Below the pieces are notes generated by a model. That model was not told where the DNA came from. It saw nothing but the letters and a program-made list of their open reading frames with translations, and searched no databases. Below are positions 24,609-38,318 of a stretch of DNA of 64,000 nucleotides, in pieces (within the stretch, counting starts at the first letter, position 1; each line of letters opens with the position of its first letter). Source of the DNA: Chiloscyllium plagiosum (Eukaryota). The stretch is from positions 74,157,604-74,221,603 of the forward strand of contig NC_057718.1 of assembly GCF_004010195.1 (NCBI RefSeq), in the 5' to 3' direction. A program made the translations under genes and the position numbers.

Positions 24609-26298
24609 CTAAGAAAATGAATTTTATTATTCTTGGCAGCAAGCTTAAAAACAATCAACTCTTTAAAAGATCAACAAGATTGTCTATGTTTGGAGCCACA
24701 AGGGATGGGCGTAATCCTAAATGAATATTTCTCATCAGTACAAAAGGGTCTAGAGGGGCAATATTTTACAGTGGGTTGAGAGTACCTGGAACAGGCTGGC
24801 AGAGGTAGTGGTGGAGGCAAGTACATGGATGGGATAGGTATGGAGGGATATTGACCAAATACAAGCAAATGGAAATTACATTAATTGAATGGATAAGTTG
24901 GGCTGAAGGACCTGTTTCCTTGCTGTAAACCTCTGGTTCTATACTGGCACATATTGGGCATTTGCTTGAAGCTGTTCACTTTATCTCCCTCCCACCTGGA
25001 TTCCTCTCTTTCCTCTGAAGCCTTCCTCTTCTATTCACTTTTCCTAAATAATGACATTTTTCTATTGACTGCAAGATGAAGTTGCTTCACTGCTGTGAAA
25101 TGCATGTCTTATGATCCCAGTTCACATATGTCAAGGGGTGTTCCACATGAAATGTCAGGCTGTCTGCCAACTTCTTGAGTCTTTACATCGGATTGAAATG
25201 AAGTGCCACTACGTTCAGGCCACCATCACTGTCTATGCCAGAGTCGAAACACTTACATCAGTCTTGATGAGTGAAGTTTGTGTATTGTTGGCATTGGACA
25301 CTGAGGAACTGGGTTCCTGAGCAGCCAAGTCAATTAGTGAAAACTGGAGACTTTGTTGGCTTTTGCAGGCTCCTTTCTCCTGCTTTCTTACTTACATTGT
25401 AGTTTAAATGGAGATTACATAATTCACCAGAAGAGCATGGGGAGATCAGACAAATAACAATAGATCAGAACTGCTCAAGGAGTACTCCTGGTCTTTTTTA
25501 ACCAGGGTTTTGTATATGTGAAGCATGACTTCTATCCCCTTGCATTCCAGGCCTCTAGATCTTTCATCCATTACACTTTTGTTATTTTCCGGACATGATC
25601 ATGACATTTTAATTATTTGTGTACAGAATCCCTGTTCCTGATTCAATATTTGTTTTCTTGGGATATTCAACATGCTGGCCTCTTCCTCAACTGCAAATAT
25701 TAATGTAAAGTAATTATACCGAATTTGCCAACTTCCATTGACAATGGCACTGTTGCATTGATCTGATCACTTTTTTTTTTAATAATACTGTGCCATAAGT
25801 TTGTCCAGTTTAATATGGACAGTCATTGTCTCAATGCATTACCTAAATCTTTCTTAAATCTCAAAGCTTAGTAGCTGATTTGCATTTCTCCATTTCTCCA
25901 CTTCAAACACCAAGTTGAATTTAACCTAATATAATAACTATTAGATAAAATCTTACTTGTTCTTTGCCTAACCACTATTCCCTCTAATTTTATTCAGTGA
26001 TGCAGAAACATTTGTTTCTGTTTGCAGGCTCAATACTTTTTGGACTAAACCTAGCTGTGCAACAGGCAAGAAACACTGCTGTAAGCAAAATCTGGCTCAT
26101 TACTCTTTAGGAAATCTAATTTTGCATGCACTCTTGGTGACTGTAAATTGTGACCAAAATCTATCAAGGACTTACTTAAACTTTCTCACCGGTGCTAGTT
26201 TGTTTATTCCAGTCTGTATGAGAGTTAGAATCCCCTATTAAAACCATCTACGCCTTTGTTCAATCTCTGCATTTATATTGTTTACCACATCACAGCTG

Positions 26299-26471
26299 TG
26301 ATATCAAAGTGCTGGTGTTGGACTGGGGTGGAGAAGGTGAAAAGTCATACAACACCAGGTTTATTTTAAATCACAAAGCTGTCAGAACATTGCTCCTTTG
26401 TCAGGTGAAGTGACTGTTTTCAAATAAACCAGTTGGACTACAACCTGGTGTCATGTGACTTCTGACTTACT
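26299..26471. mobile_element. Fold-back PLE family A mini-element, diverged
   Basis: Partial inverted arms; TSD tcacagctg at 26290-26298 and 26472-26480. Confidence 0.75.
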
Positions 26472-26619
26472 TCACAGCTGCTATGAAGGGTCTCTGCATA
26501 ATTCCCAGAAAATCCTTAGTTGCTTTTCCATTTTATAATTCTACTTTCACTGGCTATTCCTGCCCCTTCACCATTTTGCCTATCGTGACTGTAAACCTTA
26601 TAAGCTATTTGTTTCCTTT

Positions 26620-26925
26620 ATTCATTCACAGGATAAGGACATCGCTGACCACAGCCCATCCATAATTGCCCAAAGGGCAGATAAGAGTGAACCACATTGC
26701 TGTGGGTCTAGAGTCACACGTAGGCCAGACCAGGTAAGGATGGCAGTTTCCTTCTCTAAAGGACATTAGTGAACTAGATGGGTTTTCTTAACAATGGAAT
26801 ATAATGAAAACCATGAATCCAAATTCCACCATCTGCTGTGGTGGGATTTGAACCTGGGACCCCAGACATTATCTAGATCTCTGGGGTGATAGGCCAGTGT
26901 TAATACCACAAGGCCACCACCTTCC
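26620..26925 (-). mobile_element. Second tRNA-derived SINE family (CR1-clade tail)
   Basis: Minus head TGGCCTTGTGG / GGTTCAAATCCC; body ggccagaccaggtaaggatggcag also seen near 18630, 18980, 29005 and 59960. Confidence 0.7.
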
Positions 26926-27921
26926 CAGTCATTTTGCTTTCAGATGACTGCTACAACCTAATGGTTGCAGCTGACTCTAATAGCCTGACTGTAGGTCAGT
27001 TAACTGTGGCTACGAAAACAGTTTAGGATTGTGCATGATTAAAGGAAAAGGCTCATGTTGCTAGAAGTAGCAATAATTCTGAGGATTGTAGTTCATAGAA
27101 TGTAACTAAAGGAGGACCTTTAAAATAAGGGAGAATAGAAAATGAATGCAATCAAGCAAAAATGATAAAAGCTTCTGTACGTATGTCTTTTTTTTGCTGG
27201 CAAGTTTTTCTTTCTTTCTGCTAGGCTAACTCACTTTCCTTGTTTAATATTTCCTTTACCTACAGTCCCTAAAGCTCAATTTCCTGTCATAGAGTTATAA
27301 CAGCACAGGCAAAGATCATCATGGGTCTCTGTAGAGCAACTCAGTCAGCTCCATTCCCCTGCTTTATATTCAAACCCTTGCAAGTTTATTTCTTTTAATG
27401 CCTACCCAATAGAATTGGTCTCTTCATGTCCATCTCTCTGTAGGGACAGAGTTCCAGGTCTTCACCATTTTCAAAGTAGAAACTAAAAGGAAATCCTCCT
27501 ATATCTCTTGCCCAGAATCTTAAAATCTGTGACTCTTAATCTCAGCTAATGGGAAGGCCATTTTTTGCAGTCCATATCCGAATCTGCCATAGTCTTGTAA
27601 ACTTCTATTAAATCTCACTCAGTCTCCTTTGTTCCAAAAAGGATAAACTAACTGTAGCAGCTTCTTCAACATAATTTTGGAACAAGGTTTGTTGTAACGC
27701 TAATCTCTTCTCTTTTGTTTGTTTTGGGATTATTATTTAGACGATCTTTTCCACTTGAATTCCTGCCTTCGCCCTTTCTGCATTGACTGGTTTAAAGGAT
27801 TTGTGACTGTCCTATTCACCTTTTTCACAAGGATTCTTGTTCAAATAGGGAACCAGTTCCAATTATTAGTGACCTCTGTCACAGTACTGTACTGCTATCA
27901 AAGTCCAATGAAGGTACCGCT

Positions 27922-28051
27922 GCTCCTGATGAAGGGTCCTGCTGGAAATGTTTACTCTCCTGCTCTTCAGATGCTGCCTGACCTGCTGTGCTTTTTCCAG
28001 TGCCAACTCTACCTACTCTAATTCTCCATCATCTGCAGTCCTCACTATCTC
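27922..28051 (+). mobile_element. PLE family B terminal fragment
   Basis: cctgatgaaggg...gatgctgcctgacctgctg...ctgcagtcctcact. Confidence 0.75.
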
Positions 28052-28495
28052 ACATATTACTTCTTCAGTAATGCAATTACCTCTCCAAATGGCATATCTT
28101 CAGGATTCAACTATCACCAGAATGGTAACGGGGGTCTATGTCATTTTAGGATCTCAATTTGTATATTAAAAAGATCTGAGGTGTAAATGAAACATGCAAA
28201 CATGTTTTTTCTTCTGATGGGAATATAAATTATCATGGGCAAATAGTAATGTTTAAAGGGAAGTAAGTCATTCATTGAGGAAGCTATGATTTAAACTGTG
28301 GTAAAATTTGTTGCAGTTATAAACTTGTATATTCTTGAACCCCAACTGTGCAGAATAACTGTTTAACAGTCTTAATCAGCAACATTGCACAAGTGGTATC
28401 AATGATTCCTGAAGTATTTTATCACTCTCAAAGACATCCATTTTTGTATTTCAGCAACAGTTAGTTTGTAAGAAATGGGTGTATTCAGCCTTACT

Positions 28496-28698
28496 GTGAT
28501 GTGGAGATGTCGGTGCTGGACTGGGGTGGACAAAATCAAAAATCACATGTCACCAGGTTATAGTCCATTAGGTTTATTTGAAGTCACAACCTTTTGGAGC
28601 GATGCTCCTTCATCAGGCGCAAATAAACCTGTTGGACTGTAACCTGGCATCATGTGATCTTTGACTTTCCCAGTCCAATACTGGCACCTTCACATCAT
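28496..28698. mobile_element. Fold-back PLE family A mini-element in NT5E intron 7
   Basis: End-to-end inverted arms (gtgatgtggagatgtcggtgctggactggg...cccagtccaatactggcaccttcacatcat) enclosing a hammerhead remnant. Confidence 0.82.
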
Positions 28699-28772
28699 GG
28701 CTATTATCGACACTACAAACTGCCGGCTGGAGAGGATCTCAAAGAAGATTGTGTATATCAACTCAGCCTTAC

Positions 28773-28922
28773 CTGACACCTGCAGAAACTCCCCTGTGTT
28801 CTGTCCATATCTTCTGACAGAATGCTCAAAAACTGCTCTTAATGTTGAACCCCGAACTTTGAGCAGATCTATAGTACCTCCAAATGGTAAAACTGCTAAA
28901 ACATTTTCTACTCGTATTGTTC
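28773..28922 (-). CDS. NT5E: NT5E exon 7
   Basis: cttacag|GA ACA ATA...TCA G|gtaagg; 150 bp; (G)TIRVENVLAVLPFGGTIDLLKVRGSTLRAVFEHSVRRYGQNTGEFLQVS. Confidence 0.96.
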
Positions 28923-30004
28923 CTGTAAGTAAGAGGAAAGACCAACTCATTAAGTTATTTGGTAAGAATGGATCATTTTAGTCAACATTACCGGAGTCAA
29001 ATTTGGGCCAAACCAGGTAAGGATGGCAGATTTCCTTCCATTAAAAATACAAATGTATTTTCAAACAAATGATCAGCACTTATTTTCAAATTTCATGGTC
29101 AGCTTTTATATTTCACATTTATGAATTAAATTTCAATTCCACTAGCTGTTCTGGCAGGATTTGAAACCATGAACTCAGGGCAATAGCCTGGGTCTCTAGA
29201 TTACAGATTTAATAATATGCCCATCTATCGAGCAAGGTTCTATCCTAATCACAACATTTCCTCTTGTATAGAATTTGAATTTTCTAATAACTTAATTTAT
29301 AACTTTTTTGCACAGATTATAATAAAGTAAAACATCTCAAGCCTTTTAAGCAACTCATTGATTTTATATGAATGTTCACATGATATACAATCTATTGCAT
29401 CCCTTTATTTAGCCCGTCATTCAGTTCTTCAAAGAAAATGATTACAATTCTCCATCCTACTCGTCTTCTTAAACTCAGGTGGAGCTCAATGATTGACAGT
29501 GTGAGCTGCGTAGTAAAGTCTAAAAAAAGCTTCTTTATCCAACTACTGACAATATTTTCACACATGTCCACATCGAAAAATGCCCACAATCCCCTGATAA
29601 TGTGCACAACATCCCCCCTTACGATGCTCACTGTCCATCACTTCACTCCGCCCATCTTCCCCTACGATGCCACTCTCTTCCACATCCCCATGATGCTCAA
29701 CCTCTTCCACAATGTCCACCCTCTAATCAGCCCCCTACCATGCTCACCCTGCCACTGTCCCCCACAAGCATCTCTCTTCATCCCAACCACAGTCTATCCA
29801 AATGCTGACTAACTACATCAGATCATGGTACAGCTTTCATATGATTTTACATCTATACAATGTCAAAACTAGCAGAACTTCTGCTACAAGATTTGTAGCC
29901 AGATCAACAATTGCATTCAATGTAAAAACTCTACTCTGTAGTATTTATTTGAAGTTTAGTTTAGTTTCTATTTATCCTGTGTTTCTGGGTGACTTGCGAC
30001 TTTG

Positions 30005-30650
30005 TGCAGAAGTCAGGGCAGGACTTATACACTTAATGGTAAGGTTCTGGGGAGTATTGCTGAACAAGGACTGCAGGTTCATGGTTCCTTGCAAATGGAT
30101 TCACAGATAGACAGGATAGTGAAGAAGGCATTTAGTATGTTTTTATTGGTCAGTACATTGAGTGGGGATGTCATGTTGCAACTGTACAAGATGTTGATTA
30201 GGCCACTTTTACAATACTGCATGCAATTCTAGTCTCACTAATACAGGAAGGATGTTGTGAAACTTGAAAGCGTTCAGAAAAGCTTTACAAGAATGTTGCC
30301 AGCGTTGGAGGATTTGAGTTATAGGTAAAGGCTGAATAGGCTGAGGCTATTTTCTCTGGTGCATCAGAGGTAGAGGGGTGACTTTATGGAGGTTTATAAA
30401 ATCATGAGGGCATGATATTATGAATAGACTAGGCCTTTTCCCCAGGGTGTTAGAGTCCAAACTAGAGGGTATAGGTTTAAGGTGCCAGAGGAAGTGGTAC
30501 AATTACAACATTTAAAGGCACCTGGATGGTATATGAATAAGAAGAGTTTCGAGGGATATTGGCCAAGATTAAATTTTGGACATCAGGTCAGCATGGATGA
30601 GTTGGACGGAAGAGTTTGTTTCCAAGCTGTACAGCTCTAAATGACTCTAA
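30005..30650 (+). mobile_element. CR1 LINE 3' fragment
   Basis: DVMLQLYKMLIRPLLQYCMQF plus CR1 3' UTR. Confidence 0.85.
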
Positions 30651-32409
30651 TGCTGATTAATTCATTATAATGTATGATATTCATGACCTTGAATTGGAAC
30701 AATGACTATACAAACATGTTGGCAGATTAATCCTAGTTTACCACAGCCAGGGAGATTCACAGGATTTTGGGTGATATTCAGAGTGGAATCTTACAGGGGT
30801 CTGAACAGTATGGGCTATGGTGAGATTTGTGGCTGGTTTAGACAAGAAGTCCGATGAAGCTCATCTCGACATCAGGATCAGCTTGCTCCATCTGGAAGAG
30901 TCTAGCCAAGCAGCAAGATGTGCTTTGCACTTTGCTGGGGCGAGTTACTAATTAAGTCGGATTATTGTTTGTTAAATGGCTCATTAATTATTCAAGTCAC
31001 CTCATTAATATTCTGCTTCCTTTTTTAACCAAACTCTTCACATAAGCTAGGCATCAAGAATTCAAGACATGGAAAGCTGGTGGATTCAAGTTGCTACTAA
31101 CTCCAACAACTTCCATGTTCAATACTGCACACCAATATTTCAGACCATGCTCCATAGGAATGGACCCCATATGCCTATGTCCACTAACATTGGCATCTAA
31201 TATGTATCAGCTTCTATGAATCTTCATGAAATCTATAATTGACTCACAGTCCATTTCTGCAATTCCAATGTTGTATCTCTGGCCTCACCAGTTATAAGGA
31301 TACTATGCATTTGGGGGTATGTCCAGCCCATGGGCGGGACTAGGCTGTATCTCTAGACTTTTCGTTTGCTGTCAGAGAGCTCACTCGCTCTGGGCCTATC
31401 TGGATTCTCATACCATTTCCTTTCCTTTTCTGTGCTTTGACCCCTCAGAGATACCAGGCTGTCATTATTGTTGTATTGCAGTGCCATTCAGCACAGACAC
31501 AAAACCACAAAACTTGTCACAGTTGTCAGCAGGCCTCAGTTAAGTAAAGGGGGGGATAGCCTTCAGTCAGGGTATCTTGGCACAATAAGTCCATGGCACC
31601 CTTTGATACCAGTCAAAGAGCTTGGACATGGTCAATTCACCACTTGGGGCACTCAGAAACAGGATGCTATCCACATTAGGGAGCCCATCATCTGTCTTCA
31701 TTCTTTCTGCCCTAGTGGGGATTATTTTGCTCCTGAAAGGAGATTCAGGTACAATGGGAGATGGAAATGGGTGGCATAGCTGTTACTTTTGATGCAGGTG
31801 GGGAGATGCCTCAGCACGTGAGTAGGCAGTACTAAGGATATGCAGGGTTAGTAATGTTTGTATTAAGGAGTGACAGTGAATGAGGAAAGATTTTGTCGGA
31901 AGTAGTGAGTCATAGAGTCTAACTTGATTCAACTTACAATTAGCCAAAAAAAAGGCAAGGTTGAACTCTGTCTTTTTGCCTCACATATGTTTTACTGCTC
32001 TAAGACCTGAGAATGTTAATAAGCTAAGGACCAGAATGAAACTACATGACCAGTGACTATGAGGAATTCAGGCTTGCTACATTTTAGGATGTGTATATGC
32101 TTTGACAACTTGCAGTTAGCAAGCAATTTGTCTGTAAGTAAACCTCTGGGATTTCAAAATAAATTTAATCTATGCTATTACTCATTATGAAAGTTATAAT
32201 TTTGTAATACGGTAATACAAAATTGCAGTATCAGAAAATGGTTTCAAGTCCAACTTCCAATTCCCACAAGTTGCAATAACTGAGCACTTTGATGTCCCGC
32301 GTGCCTCTTAAAGGCCAGTTTTAACCAATGCAGTTGCACAGAATCATGTCTCTGAAATCCAAACAAACTGTCAGGTTTCTAATCTTAGTGGTTCCACTAT
32401 TACTTATTC

Positions 32410-34140
32410 TTTAGCTGTAAAGAAAGATGGTGGACAACTCACTTGAGGAGATGGATCCATAAATATCTGCATGCTCAATAACAGGGGTGCTCAGCACATC
32501 AGTGCAAGAGAATAGGCTGAAGCATTTGCAACAATCTTCAGCCAGAAATGCTGAGTGGGTTGTCCACCTTGGCCTCCTAAAGTGGTCCTCAGCATTACAG
32601 ATGCCCGGCTTTAGTCAATTTGATTCACTCTACATTATATCAATAAATGGCTGGAGGCATTGGATACTGCAAAGGCTGTAGGCTCTTAAAGTATTCCAGT
32701 AGTAGTCTGAAGACTTGTGCTCCGGAGCTTGATGAACCCTTAGCCAAGCTGTTCCATTAAATCTACAACATTGGCATCTAGCAAACATTATGGAAAATTG
32801 CCAAAGTATGTCCCGTAGGCAAAAAAAGCAGGACAAATCTTGCCAATTACTGCTCAATATCTTATTCTCTATCATCAGTAAAGTGAATGAAGGTGTCACC
32901 AACAGTCCTATCAAACAGCACCTGTTTAGCAATAACCTGCTCAGTGATGCCCAGTTTGGATTCTGCCAGGGTCACTCAATTCCTGACCTCACTACAGGCT
33001 GGGTTCAAACATGGATAAAAGAGGTGAATTCCAGAGGTGAGGTGAGTGACTGCCCTTGACATCAAGGCCATATTTGACCAAGTGTGATGTCAAGAAACCA
33101 TAGCAAAACTAAAATCAATGGATATCGAGGCAAAATGTACCACTGGTTAGAGTCAGATCTGGCACAAAGGAAATTGGATGTGGTTGTGGTAGCTGGAGGT
33201 CAGTTTTCTCAAATCCAGGACACCTCTGTAGCGATCTTCTTGTAGTGTCCTGACCCAAACATCTTCAGCTCCTTTAACCAATAATCTTCTCTCCATCATT
33301 AGGTCAGAAGTGGGAATATTCGATGATGATTGCACAATGTTCAGCACCACTCACAGACCCTTAGATACAATTCCCTGCTCGAACGCATCAAGACTTGGAT
33401 AATAGGCTTGAGTTGACAAGTAACAAGTGACTTTCTCCCCACACAAATGCCAGGCAATGATCATCTCCAAAATGAGAGAATCAAATGATAACCTCTTCAC
33501 ATTCAATGGTGTTCTCGCCACTGAAACCCCAACTTTCAACATCCTGAATTAGAATTGAGCAAAGAGAAGGACTAGTTTAGCCATATAAATATCATGGCTA
33601 GCACAGCAGGTCAGGCGATAGGAATACAACAGCAAGTAATTCTCCTCCTTATCTCAAAGACTTCCCACCATTAGCAGGGCAAAAGTCAGGAGTGTGATGG
33701 AATACTCCTGCTTACCTGGATAAGTGTAGCTCCAACAGCACAAAAGAAACTTGACACCATCTAGGACATCCACTTTCTCCATGACCAATGCTCAGTAGCA
33801 GTGGTAGGTACCAGCTATAAAATGCATTGTAGACATTCACCAGGGTTCCCTGGCAGCACCTTCCAAAACTATAACCACTGATATCTAGAAGGATAAGGAT
33901 AGCAGATACATAGGGACACCACCACATGCAAGTTCCTCTCCAAGCCACTCACCATTTTGACTTGGAACTATATTGCTATTCCTTCAGTGTTGCTTGGTCA
34001 AAATCCTGGAACTTCATCCAAAAAGTGTTGTGGGGTTACCTATAGCAAATAGACTGCAATAGTTGAAAGAGCAGCTCACCACCCTGTTCTCAAGAACAAC
34101 AGTAAATGGGCAATAAATGCTGGTCCAAAAAGCAATACGT
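32410..34140 (+). mobile_element. Old CR1-clade LINE (RT and 3' tail)
   Basis: LFSIISKV..IKQHLFSNNLLSDAQFGFCQGHSIPDL..TW..NSRGEV; tail gcagctcaccacc..tgggcaataaatgctgg. Confidence 0.75.
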
Positions 34141-34447
34141 ATGAATTGGAAAAAAAAACATTCTTGGCCTTACTTTCTCCTTGATTCACAACAATTATCT
34201 CCTCCATTGTTACAGGTGCCTGATAGATTTTTTTCTTGCTAAATGCCCAACAACTCCTAAATCTCAAACCTTAATAATGTCCTTAAATTAGCCAAACATT
34301 CTTCAATGCTTTAAATTTATTAACACTTCATGAGTGGTTCAGTTTGGGCTATTTCTAGTTGAGATAGATCCTAATGAAATGGGGTACAGGTTATCAGGGA
34401 AAGAGATACTCAGAAGTATTTGTAGAAGTATTAGCTGTCCAACATAC

Positions 34448-34556
34448 CATTATTAGCTTTCTCGTCAATGGATGCACGGATTCCACCCCCTTGAGTCAAA
34501 CAAATGGATACATGGGTCCATGAAATGTCATCTGGTTTCCGGATATTTTCATAAAT
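34448..34556 (-). CDS. NT5E: NT5E exon 6 (absent from the ORF track)
   Basis: atttcag|ATT TAT GAA...AAT AAT G|gtatgt; 109 bp; IYENIRKPDDISWTHVSICLTQGGGIRASIDEKANN, with the GGGIR motif. Confidence 0.95.
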
Positions 34557-34704
34557 CTGAAATTGTTGTAAACCAAGTGAGAAGAGCAATAGAGGTTCTG
34601 TTAACTTACTTTAATAATACTCCACATGTTGCCGAATTTTCATTCTTATCACTGTGCTCTCAGCAATCACCTTGTTCATTATTTACTGATTACTGAGATT
34701 CAAC

Positions 34705-35360
34705 AAGAACAAGAACTTATATTTGTAGAGCACCTTTATCAAATGAAATGTCCCAAGGTGCTCACAGGTGCATTATAAAACAAAATATGACACAAAACCA
34801 CAAAGTGATGTTAGGTTGGATGTGTAAAACTTGGTTAATCAGGTAGGTCTTAGGAAACCTCTTAAATGGGGAAATGAGTTACAGAAGTAAGGTTGGGGGT
34901 CTAGACTAGACTATTCAAGACACAGCCATTAATGAAATGTATGTAATTCTGAATGCACAAGAGGACACAATTAGAGGAGCACAGTCATCTAGGTGGCTAC
35001 TGGAATTGGAGGAGATTACAGAGTTTGTGATGGGTGAAGCCACAGAGGAATTTGAAAACAAGGATGAGAATTTTAAAATCAAGATATAATTTAGCTGGAA
35101 GCCAATGTAAGTTAGAAAGCACGGGGTGAGAGGGCAAAAGGACGTCCTGTCAACAGCATGGTTTTGCTTGTCCTCAAAAGCTAAAATATGACAGACCAAT
35201 TGGAGTGTGTCAGAATAGTTGAATGTGGAGGTAATGAAGGCATGAATGAGGGTTTCAGTAGCAGATGATCAAAGATAGGGGTGAGATCGAGTGATAATAC
35301 TGAGGTGACAAAAGGCAATTGATGGCAATGTAAATGACTGCCAACGTGGTCAGATCAATT
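34705..35360 (-). mobile_element. L2-like LINE 3' fragment
   Basis: aacttatatttgtagagcacctt...gtcccaaggtgctcacag end and purine-rich body typical of L2 antisense; a similar piece lies at ~49515-49800. Confidence 0.55.
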
Positions 35361-37039
35361 AAAAAGTTATGAATTTCAGTTTAAATAGATATAGACAATG
35401 AATATGAAGAATGGAGATCATATAAGAGAATGTATTATATTTCTGTTGGCTAAACAAAAGAACATGTTGTATGTTATAATATATCAATATACAGTAACTC
35501 CCTCTTTAATGATGACACACTTCATACGACTTTATTTACAATGTTAAAGTGAAATAATGTCAATATATATGCATTTAACAATGAGTGTTGCAGTTTAATT
35601 CATCCACCACAAGTTTCCTGTTTTGTAGCCTGAAAAGACCCCCGGCCAGCATCCATTTCCATCCTGAATCTTACTTTTATTGTTTCGAGATTCCATTGTT
35701 ACCACGAGGGACTTTAGCTGCTTTTCTTCCTGACTTCCTACCCTTATTCTCAGACTTGCCTTTAGATTTGCTCCTTCCAAAACTGGGAGTCAATGCATCA
35801 ACATGCATGGACCATCTGATGTTGTTTTTAACCCACTGCTGCCTTTCTCTAACCTTTCTGCCATCCTTGTTCCAGCCTTGGGCCTGAGCTTGCCCTCAGC
35901 CTGGATTTCAACCTTGTTCCCACACCTGTCCTTGTCCTCAGTTCCTCTTTGCCCATTTCCCATTCACAGCGTTTTGTTCTTATCTTGGGATTTCAACTGT
36001 TGCCAGTCAATTTCTGCAACTAGATGGAACTTGGTCAAGCTAAAATTAGACGAGTGTAATTTTTCAAACTTTTATTTTATATTTACTGTGTTTTTGTAAC
36101 TAAATTTACTTTATTTTAATGGTTATTTATCTTATATATTTAGGAACGTGCAGCATTTCAACTTCCAAAATGTTCATGTCTTTTGTCTGCTGCAAAAGTT
36201 TCTAATGTACTAATAATACAATTTCTTTTTTACATGTAATAATTTATTTTACTTTGCCGATTTTTTGAGTCAGGAGTGTACAATACTACACATAAATAAT
36301 ATTTCAATTTGTACATTGGTTTGATAAGGGAAGAAAAAATATTCAAAAGAACCTAACTCCAGGTTACATTCCAACACTGATTCCTATGGAAACCCGTTAG
36401 TTCACTTAAACATCTATTTTTGCAGTTCCAATAGATTTTCATTGCTTGCACTTGTAAATTTGTTTACAAAAAAACAGTTTAGTAAATTTGAGTCAGAATC
36501 ATACAGCATGGAAACAAACCATTCAGTTCAACTAGTCCACGTCAACAAAGTTCCCAAACTAACTGGTCCCACTTGCCTGCATTTAGCCCCTATTCCTCCA
36601 AAGTTTTCCTATTCATGTATTTATCCAAATGTCTTTTAAATGTTGTAACTGTATCTGCATCTACCACTTCCTCTGGTAGTTCATTCTACACATAAACCAT
36701 TGCCCCTCATGCCCTTTTTAAAACGTTCGCCTCTCACCTGAAAAATATGCCCCCTCGTTTTGAATTTCCCCTTTCCTAGGGAAAAGACCTTTGGCATTCA
36801 CTTTATCTATGCCCCTCATGATTTTATAAACCTCAACCTCCTACTCTCCAGTGAAAGAAGTCCCAGCCTATCCAGCCTCTGTTAATAACTCAAACCCTCC
36901 ACTCCGAGAGACATCCGGTATATTTTTTCTGAACCCTCTCCAATTTAATAACATCCTTCCTATAACAGGGTGACCAGAGCTGGACACAGTATTCCAGAAG
37001 AGACCTCATCCTGTATGACCTGAACATGTCGTCCTAACT

Positions 37040-37850
37040 AGGGGAAAGTGAGGATTGCAGATGCTGGAGATCAGAGTCAAAAAGTGTGGTGCTGGAAAAG
37101 CACAGCCAGTCAGGCAGCATCTGAGGAGCAGGAGAATTTACATTTCGGGCATAAGCTCTTCATCAGGAATGTGGCTTGTGGGCCAAGGGGTGCTCATAGA
37201 TAAATGGAAGGGGTTGGGCTGGGAGGAGGGTTGCTGGGAAAGTGAGAAGTAGCTAAAGGTGGGGCTGAAAGTGATGGGTTGGAGAGGAGGGTGGAACAGA
37301 TGGGTGTGAAGGAAGATAGACAGGTAGGACCGTTCAAGAGCGCAGTACTGAGTTAGAAGTTGGGGACTAGGATAAGGTGGGGCGAGGGGAAATGGTGAAA
37401 CTGGTGATATCCACATTGGTCCCGTGTGTTTAGAGGGTCCCTGGGCTGAAGATGAGGCGTTCTTCCTCGGGTGGTTAGGGTTTGGTGATGGAGGAGGCCC
37501 AGGACCTGCATGTCCTTGGAGGAGTGGAAAGAGGAGTTGAAGTGTTCAGACAAGGGGTAGTGGTGTCAGTTAGTGCGGGTGTCCCAGAGATGTTCTCTGA
37601 AACTATCCGCAAGTTGGCGTCCTGTCTCCCCAGTGTATAGGAGACCACATCGGGTATATTGGATGCAGTAGATGACAGGTGAAGTGTAGAAGTACAGGTG
37701 AATCTCTGATGGATGTGGAAGGATCCTTTGGGGCCTTGGATGGAGGTGAGGCAGGAGGTGTGGGCACAATTTTTGCATTTGTGCGATGGCAGGGGAAGGT
37801 GCCAGGAGGGGAGGGTGTGTAGATGGGAGACATGGACCTGACCAGGGAGT
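37040..37850 (-). mobile_element. PLE family B 3' part with GIY-YIG endonuclease
   Basis: VIYCIQYTRCGLLYTGETGRQLADSFREH; family B terminus; degenerate TSD ending tcctaact on both sides. Confidence 0.85.
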
Positions 37851-38200
37851 CATGGGCATCCTAACTCCTATACTCAATGAATGTAAGCACAATAAATGCC
37901 TTCTTAACCACTCTGTCTGCCTGTGATGCAATTTTCAAAGAAGTGTGCACCTAAACTCTTAGTCTTTGTTCTACAACACTACTCAGGGCCCTGGCATTAA
38001 CTGTACAAGTCCTGTCCTTGTTGGCTTTACTGAAATGCAATACCCTTACATTTGTCCAAATTAAACTCTATGTGCCATGCCTCAGTCCATTGAACCAGTT
38101 GATCAAGATCTCTTCATAATCTTAGGTAAGCTTCTTCACTGTCCACTATACTAACAATTTTGGTGTCATCCGCAAACTTACTAACCATGTCTCTGATATG

Positions 38201-38318
38201 GAAGGGCTTATGCCCGAAACGTCGATTCTCCTTTTCCTTGGATGCTGCCTGACCTGCTGCGCTTTTCCAGCAACACATTTTCAGCTCTGATACCCAGCAT
38301 CTGCAGTCCTCACTTTCT
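38201..38318 (+). mobile_element. 118-bp PLE family B terminus with 16-bp TSD
   Basis: TSD ccatgtctctgatatg at 38185-38200 and 38319-38334; the insert starts inside the hammerhead core. Confidence 0.88.
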
